DNA of 64,000 bases. Origin: Azolla caroliniana (Eukaryota; Plantae; Polypodiophyta). The position numbers and the translations under genes were made by a program. The notes under the pieces are model-generated. The model worked only from the letters and a program-made list of their open reading frames with translations. It was not told where the DNA came from and made no database searches. Each line of letters opens with the position of its first letter. The first letter of the stretch is position 1. Positions 56,317 to 64,000 of this stretch are shown here, piece after piece. The stretch covers positions 9,300,001 through 9,364,000 of the forward strand of contig JBHGNT010000009.1 in NCBI GenBank assembly GCA_043228905.1, written 5' to 3'.

Positions 56317-58740
56317 CCTTAGCCTCACCACATGATTAGAACAAATACATTACAAGAGTGCAATGACAACATTGGATCGACCAAAGGTCCACCAACACAA
56401 GTCATTTGTAACCCTCATGAATAAAACACAAAGCTAGGAAACTCATTCCTAACTAAGCCCTTGTAATTCATCATTGCAAAGACTTTGTGTCTAATATATC
56501 CTTAGGGAGTATCATACAAAAAGAAATGCAAACTCATTCTATTCAAGATATGTTATATTTCAAAGGATAAGCCAATGGCAAGCCAACCAATACGACCAAA
56601 CAAATTCCCATGAATCAACAAATGGAAATGACAACTTGCATCAAGAACTCTTTCCCACCATTGAGCAAATACGGTAGTGTCTCATAATACCATTAATATC
56701 TTATCAATCAATCAAGATATTCCCCCCTTCCATTTTAGACATCTCACGTCAAACCCCATAGTACCTTAATTTGGTTTTAGACCGTATGGAATGCTTCCAC
56801 AATGTTGCACAAGAAGCATTGCATTGTGTATCATCATAATCAAAAGCCTAACCATATTGTCAAGGTAGAATCATGTAACATTTCTTTTCCATTGAGACAT
56901 TTGGGATCATATTAACACAAGCTACAACATGTTCCCAACACAACCCACATTCAAGGTAATCAACCCGAATCGTTTTGTGCACAAGGCTCCACACAAAGAT
57001 CAGTTGAAGGTTAAATGACAGATTTTGAAGCTATACTCCAGTATTTGGTATCATGTGGAAGTCAGAAAGAGAAATGAGCATTACACTGATAATTTAGTGA
57101 CAATAGTTGTCACCTAGCAAGTGTTGAACTCTCAAGCTCATGTTATTAAGTTAAATACCTTATCTTATAATTCAAAACAAAGTTAAATACCTTATCCCTC
57201 AAGTTAGGTAAACACCAAGTGACTCCTCAAATAATGAAATGCTATGACAAATTGTTTAATAGACCAATTTAAAAAAATACATTCCTTATTGAATGGTTTA
57301 AACATTAAAACACACACATTAATAATCCGTGAAAAAAACCTCAATTACAGTTTATCCAAAACAAATAATGTTTTTCCCATGCCTCTTGAACACTTACAAT
57401 GTCTTCATTATTGTGTATCATGCTCGGACAAAAAGTATTACATTCCAAAACAAAAGAGAATAAAGCAAATGTCAAAAGTGGTGATATAATTATTATAATC
57501 TATCACAATTTGCATACCTTTACTCCAAAGTTCAAACATCCAATGTCGCAACACAATACAAAATTTTAAAACCTTCATGATGACACGAATGTCAACTTTG
57601 TGCCGATAGTGTTTTGTCTATAGTTACAAAAAGGTTGCGCATGATAGGTTTTGATTAGTATGCAAAGCGGTCCAATTCAGTGACGAGTTTACGATATTGG
57701 AACCAATGTACTCGCAAACTTCTAATCAAAAGTAAATCAGCTTAATGTGAAACAATAAACGTCGTGACATGGAAATGCGCCACTAAACATGCCAATCTTC
57801 AAGCACACCATCCATTACCCTCTACCACTATGGTGACATGGAATGATAGATAATATATGAGCATTAAACTAAAATTGGGCTCGAACCTTTTTTAAGTCAA
57901 GGGGTCAACATATTCATGTCCAATTAGCACGTCAATGTAGCGTCATTCTGGTTCATCAAATTATCATGTGAGCAAATCTAATAGTATATTTATAAATATG
58001 AATTGTATGCAACAATAAGCAGTTGCGTATTATTATATCCCCCTTAACCTCGTTACTTAGGTGCAATTGTTTTCCTCTTTTTCACATGATATGAACACTA
58101 TTGCTTTGAGGAAGAATCCCCTTTTTATAATAGATGCCATTAATCCCATGAGGTTGGAACTTTAGGGCACTGTTATCTTGGTACTCGTCCCTAACTAGGA
58201 TTTAGACAAATTCAAGCTGAACAGCAACAAATCAAGACGAAGCACAATCGATATGTACAAAGATGAGACCAGACAAGCCAGCATGAGATACCTTAGCCTA
58301 GAAGAAAAGATATATTTACACTAGGGAAAATGCTATGGAGCATGGTCTAGAAACCTCCATGCATGCGACAAGAAACAAAAACAAAAACAAAAACACCAAA
58401 GGCTAGCATCAGCTATAACACATCATAAGGCTTGGTTTAGTAGAAGAGTTCCATTAGCAAATATAGAAATGTGTTGTTAAGAGCTAGGAAAGACAAATAT
58501 TAGCAAGCTAAGCTCAAGCCATAAATTTTAAGACTCAGCAATGCTTTAAATATTTTTGCTTTCTTTTTTCTGTTGTCTCTTTCTGTTAGCTTCATCCATA
58601 TGACAATAAAAACCAACTTAATTAATCATCTCGCTCAATTGTATTGACCTCTCAAAAACCTTCCCACGATGATGATGATGATCGTTAGTATTTAAAATGC
58701 TCAAATGACTTGCTGCTATACATGGAAGATGCTACTAATG

Positions 58741-58900
58741 TCATGTCTTGACTATTACACTAGCATTGTCTTGATTGATCATTTGAGAGTGATTGTGTTC
58801 GCCTTCATATGTGACGATCAACATGTTCGGATCATCAAGTGCCCGCTCGACATGCTTTCGTGCCGGACATCCTCGCACGGTGCTACATTTGTAATAGCCC
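58741..58900 (-). CDS. WRKY: Group IId WRKY transcription factor, exon 3 (C2H2 zinc finger and stop)
   Basis: AG acceptor at 58901-58902; [43 protein letters not shown] at 58741-58743. Confidence 0.97.
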
Positions 58901-59267
58901 CTACACAAAGAAAGAGTAAAGATAAGCTACACTTAACTTCAACAAATATGTACATATACCATAAGAATTTGTAGACATTTATGGGCATTCATTGGGTGTG
59001 CCATGAATGTATGAGGAGTACCCCTAGCATTTTTGCTAGGACACTCCAAGTCCAGACTATATCATAATTGGATATTAGCTAGACCTAAATTCATAATGTT
59101 AGATCTGAATCCCAATGTTTGCTGAACATGGCATGGATGTCTCAATAAGTGTATGGAGATGACTTTAAGTGGCGTTATGGTGTGTTAGGTCCTATGAGTG
59201 TGAAAACAGCTTACAACATGTAAAACGGCATCGATAGGACCTAAACATGTGAGAATGTTTTTTTTAC

Positions 59268-59393
59268 CGGGGATGAGGCGATCCTTTGATGGGTTTTTGT
59301 CCATATTTCCTCCAAGAGAACTCATCCGGGGGAATGTCGGCCATCTTTGAACTGATGGCAGGTACCCTAATCACCCTCTTGTTCCTTGATTTC
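59268..59393 (-). CDS. WRKY: Group IId WRKY transcription factor, exon 2 (126 bp, WRKYGQK)
   Basis: AG/GT boundaries; [42 protein letters not shown]; R-type intron position. Confidence 0.97.
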
Positions 59394-59520
59394 CTACATA
59401 TCCAGCACCAGAACATATATCATAAATTAGGAGGAGTTCCATATCTAACCAATCTCCAAAACAAACAAACAAAAAGACTATATGTTGAGTGAGTGAGTGA
59501 GTGTGTGTGTGTGTGTGTAC

Positions 59521-61049
59521 CTTCGTTTGGAGCAATGACACTTTCCACCGTGACCACCATGACACTTGCCACCATGACCATGATGATGACCATGACCATG
59601 ACCATGACCATGGCCATGGTCACCACCTCCTTCAGATTTTGCCAGGGAGCATTTCTTCTTGGAGAAAGACAAAGGGGGTTTCCCAACCACATAAGAAGAG
59701 CTTTGTTGTTGCTGGTGATTAAAAATGGATCCTTTGCTGACACTTCCATGGCCATCTACACTGAGGGAGGACATGAATGAGCCGGTGGTGGTGGAAGGAG
59801 GGGGAGTGCTACAGCAGCTCAAGGAATGATAAGAATGAGTGGAGTGATCATGGGAGAGTGAGAAGGATGGGTTGCCATGGTGGGTGATGCTATTAAAGCT
59901 ACTAGATTTGGTGAGTTTGTTGTGGCTGGTGTTATTCATGTCATGGCTTAGTGAAGCTGCTGCTGTGGGGTTAGCCAGGTGATTAATGGAGGAGCCTTGG
60001 AAGAAGAATTGATGTGGTGTGGTAAGGGCATGATTAGAATGGCTGGTGCTGTTATTGTTAACCAAGAGGCTAGGGGGGGGCTCATGATGATGATGATGAT
60101 GATGATGATGTTGTGGGGGAGCTCTATTATTGTAAGGGTTATTCATGGGGGAGGGATTGGGATTGCTGCTGGTGTTGCTTAATGCAATTGCCTGGGGCCC
60201 CAAAACTACATTGGCCTGATGCTGCTGCTGCTGCTGCTGCTGGTAGATGGGCATGCTCATCATGGAGATGGGCATGACGTCATGGTAAGGGACGGTATTG
60301 GCGGATGTGGTGGCGGCGAGTGTGACATCTTGTGGATGCCGCCGGGGCTGGTTGTCATCGTCCGCACTTTCATCGGCCATCACTTCATCTTTGTTGGCGA
60401 CATTCGGATTAGGCGGCCATGCCTCATTCTTGTTGTATGTAAGGCTTGGCATGCCCATGGGCATGGCCACGGCCATGGGGATGGGCATGGGCATGACATC
60501 ATGAGGTTGAAATGTCCGGGCGGACGAAGCCGCCGGGAGGTGTGTGTCGGGCGACATCGCCTTAGCCTTCGTGTTCTTCTTCGCCGAGTCCAAATTATCG
60601 AAGAAACGACCCTCTGAATTTGAGCTGGTTGTGGTGGCGGCAGCGGCGGCCGCCGGTGCCTCCATGAGAGCAGATTCTGAGATGTTGTGGCAACGCCTTC
60701 CTCCTCGGCTACCGGGGGCCTGTGCCTTGGAGCCGGCCCCGGCCCGACGAAACCTTGCATGCCCCGATCGACCCAATATCGTGACCACCTCTTTAAACTT
60801 TGATATGGTGGCATCTGCCATGGACGAACAATCCTCCTTCAAGCTTATCTCCTGTAACTCTTGCTTGTGGTGGTGAAGGTGCTGATGATGATGATGATGA
60901 TGGTAATTGTTGGTGGTGTGGCCCTTGGAGAGGAGGTTTATGAGCCTCTCCATTCTCTCTAGGCCTTCCGAAGCAGCCTCCTTTGCATCTCTCTCCTTCT
61001 CTAGTGTTGAGAGCCTGTTGTAATCTAGCAATTCCATAGCCATAGTCAT
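59521..61049 (-). CDS. WRKY: Group IId WRKY transcription factor, exon 1 (calmodulin-binding C-motif, HARF motif, plant zinc cluster)
   Basis: EAASEGLERMERLINLLS; DATISKFKEVVTILGRSGHARFRR; SFMSSLSVDG..GKPPLS..KCHCSKR; GT donor at 59519-59520. The start is ambiguous among three nearby ATGs. Confidence 0.93.
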
Positions 61050-61162
61050 GAGAGTTTCAGCTTCTCCTTTTTTTGGGGGGGTTTAGTTCAGGGCAACAAC
61101 AAAGTTATGCGACTAGGTAAACATACAATAAAGACAGAGGAAGGTGGAGAAGCTTGGGTTCA

Positions 61163-61345
61163 GAGAAGAAGAAGAAGAAGAAGAAGAAGTGAGGTGAAAG
61201 GGATGAGGATCTAAATAGAGGGTAAGTTTTAATGGCTTCTTAGAGAGAGAAGTGAGAGAGAGAGAGACAGGTGCAGGGGAGGAGAGTGAATATGGAGGAA
61301 CAGGGGAAGAAGGGGGGGGGGGGGAGAGAGAGAAATAGTGGTAGA

Positions 61346-61388
<43 letters not shown>
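61163..61388. repeat. (GAA)n and (GA)n microsatellites in the WRKY 5' region
   Basis: (GAA)n near 61164-61188 and (GA)n near 61348-61388; CT-rich on the transcribed strand. Confidence 0.85.
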
Positions 61389-61391
<3 letters not shown>

Positions 61392-61422
61392 TATATGAAA
61401 AAAATTAAAAGAGACACCACTT

Positions 61423-62225
61423 AGTCAACATTAGTATTATTATTATTATATTTTTTGCCCACCTAAAAACCTCATTTTTAGTAGAGCCCTTCCACCCCCC
61501 CTTGAAAACCAAATAAACAAAAAACAAAAGGGAGGAAGAGAGGGGGGGGGGGAGCAATAGTAGAGTAGTAGGAAACCAGTGGACCTTTAAATGCAGAGGA
61601 GTCAATGAAGAGAGAGAGAGAGAGAGAGGAGAGAGATATAGATAGATATGGCTACACATTCCATTCAAGCCCAACAAGTCAAAAGGATTTGAAGAAGAAG
61701 AAACACCTTATGTCGTTGTGATGTTAATGGTGGTGGGCCAGGGACAAGGGACAAGGGATGCGGGCACGGCCAAGGGCAAGCACGAACGTGAGCGCGGGAG
61801 GTGTATAACCGACCACACAACACACGCCCCTTCACCCCTCATTGACTTCTTAAGTTGGGTATGTTGTACCAATCCTTATTTCTCACTACCTACCACATAT
61901 CTACCCTCGTATCACCTTGCCTCCTGAATCCCCCCCCCCCCCCCCCAATCCATATCATTTCCTAGGGAGGGTTGTGCTTCCTTCAGCTCCCCACACTGTG
62001 CCAAATCTATTTAAGAAAAGTTGGTCCAATAAATTTCGAGGATATCTCAACACACAAATCTGTTTTACTTCATAGAAAGAGAACATATGAAATAAATCGC
62101 ATTCGAGACCCGGCAACACCAATGACGTGGGTCAACATCGACGCTTTTATATCACCGCTCCCCTCACCTCTACTACAATGATCACTATTTGCTCGTGCAA
62201 CAAGACAATTTGTGCATATTTGACT
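61423..62225 (-). promoter_or_regulatory. W-box cluster upstream of the WRKY gene
   Basis: TTGACY or its complement at 61423, 61600, 61677, 61842, 62130 and 62220; TGACGTGG at 62123. Confidence 0.6.
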
Positions 62226-64000
62226 ATTGGCTATAAGGGTTAATTGTGAAGCTCTAGATTTTTGAAATGATTCTTAATATTATTATTATTTACTCATGGC
62301 CATGTTTTCAATTTGTATGGCTCAATGAGAAACTTTGATTTTCATTGTTTGGTTGGATTGGCTCGAGTCTTCAATCTAGTAGAGAAATTATAGCCTTCAA
62401 CCCCACTCTTTCCCCAAATTCTTAGGGAAATGCTTGATTCATATCGCATCCCAATTAGTTTTGATCATCATAATCACAACGTAAGATTCGCAAATTAGAG
62501 GGCTTGTACATGGAGTGAAGGCAAAAGTTTCGAATTTTGATTTTAGTTTTTGTATTATTGGAGAAAAGGTAGAGCAAATCTACCTATTGTCATATTAGGG
62601 GAGACCTAAAAAAGTAGTATTATGGTCATTGCTATGGATATTTGAGCACAACACATTTTAATTGTATTACTTTCCTGTCATGCTCATCAATAGCCTAGCC
62701 TATTGGAAGATTCATGACAATAATAACACAAATCTTCGAACATTTGCATTTCTACTTACTAAATTCATGATTTTTGTCTAATGTAACCAATAAGAAAAGG
62801 GGCACCACTAATAGCCCACTAACACAACACATGTGCCACTGGAATTATATAGGCAAATTGATGTGACATGATAATTTCTAGAGTTAGGGTGGAGTTGTCA
62901 AAATCCTTGGATAGAGCTGGAATCTGTCCTATTCAAATTGTCCTTCTATGGTGGGATTTTACATGTCTGAACAATCATGTTGTCTGCAATACGTTGTAAA
63001 ATCATATGTTGAAGCATTCAAAACATTTGTAACACCCTTTCACTCAATCTCAAGCCATATTTTGTGGCACAACACGTTTTAACACTCCTAGAACTATCAA
63101 AAATTGGGTTTTATTCTAAATGTATTGAAATATGGCAATTGAAGAGACGTGATAAATTGTGTAGACCCATTTATATATCAGGACTAAAGGAACAAGTTAC
63201 AACCTTTTTTCTCTTTTTCTACCCAAGCTCACCAGGTCATGCTTAGGGATACACTCCATAGAAAAAACATATGGGTTGGAATAGATATCCCTTTTCTTGT
63301 CTTAGTTAGCTTTTTATGTAGATAGAGGGGAGAGCAAATGTTTGAAAATCTCCAGATACAGGCAAGAGTTTACTACTTGCTAGCAATGTGTACTAATGTT
63401 ATGGTTGTGGATGAGGCGAGAATATTTAGTTTTTATCTTCATTGTGTGACATTATTCTTAATTATCACAACATTTTCCCCTCCTCACTTAATAACCTACC
63501 CAAGCATTGTTACAATGACCACAACCACTTTCATCAATTACAACAATTACTTTTATCATTGTTTTTTGTTTTGTCTATTGTTGCTACTTGTTACATGCCA
63601 TAATTTGGTCTATGATGAAGTTGCTATCACTACAAATTTGCTAGTATAGTTGGTGTACTACATACCCTTATCCCTATTAATTATTATGACTAATCCTATT
63701 TTTGGCGTCGCTACATTTATCACCTCTAAAAACTATTTGTCACTGTCACTATTATAGTTGCTAGTTTTCTCGTGGCCATGATTTTCGATGATTAATGTTG
63801 TTGCATTAGTCATTACTACATCTATAATCAACACTTACGATTAGTCATTGCAAGTATTGGTGCTACTCAAGTCTTTGCATGGGTTAAATGGCTAGTTTGT
63901 TATTTCTTCACATGTCTTTGGGGTTTGTTATGCTTCCAACAACAATTTTTATCTCCCTACAACCATAATTGCTTGTAGTACCGATGCTACTTTCATCAGT

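Noticed and set aside
52000-57100. Possible decayed DNA-transposon or LINE remnants (e.g. a KPLSIVED-like string near 53840-53865, minus strand)
   Set aside because: Only isolated short matches, with no sustained frame, terminal repeats or TSD visible.
59478-59520. C-terminus YTHTHTLTHSLNI of the 523-aa ORF
   Set aside because: It is read-through into intron 1 ((CA)n repeat after the GT donor); the protein continues in exons 2 and 3.

Overview
Eukaryotic plant nuclear DNA; a non-seed plant such as a fern or lycophyte is plausible from the TE lineages, but this is inference. Bases ~1-49.9 kb are a deeply nested retrotransposon cluster that can be resolved by LTR termini, primer-binding sites (PBS), polypurine tracts (PPT) and target-site duplications (TSD). 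It holds five Ty1/Copia elements (one with apparently identical LTRs and an intact 1448-aa ORF), a decayed tRNA-Trp-primed Ty3/Gypsy element with related solo LTRs and a gag-only non-autonomous partner, a non-autonomous tRNA-Arg-primed LTR element, and a 5'-truncated RTEX-like LINE with an intact APE-RT ORF2. About 9 kb of AT-rich intergenic DNA follows, then a complete 3-exon group IId WRKY transcription-factor gene on the minus strand (58741-61049) with a W-box-rich upstream region. The most unusual signals belong to the Trp-primed Gypsy group: Gag-protease and Pol are joined by a slippery site plus predicted pseudoknot (-1 frameshift), TSDs are 4 bp and CG-centred, and U5 carries a covarying hairpin and extra complementarity to tRNA-Trp. 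The LINE is also unusual: ORF1 and ORF2 are in frame across a single UGA-CGG readthrough-type stop. Element labels (C1-C5, G1, G2, S1, S2, T) are my own.
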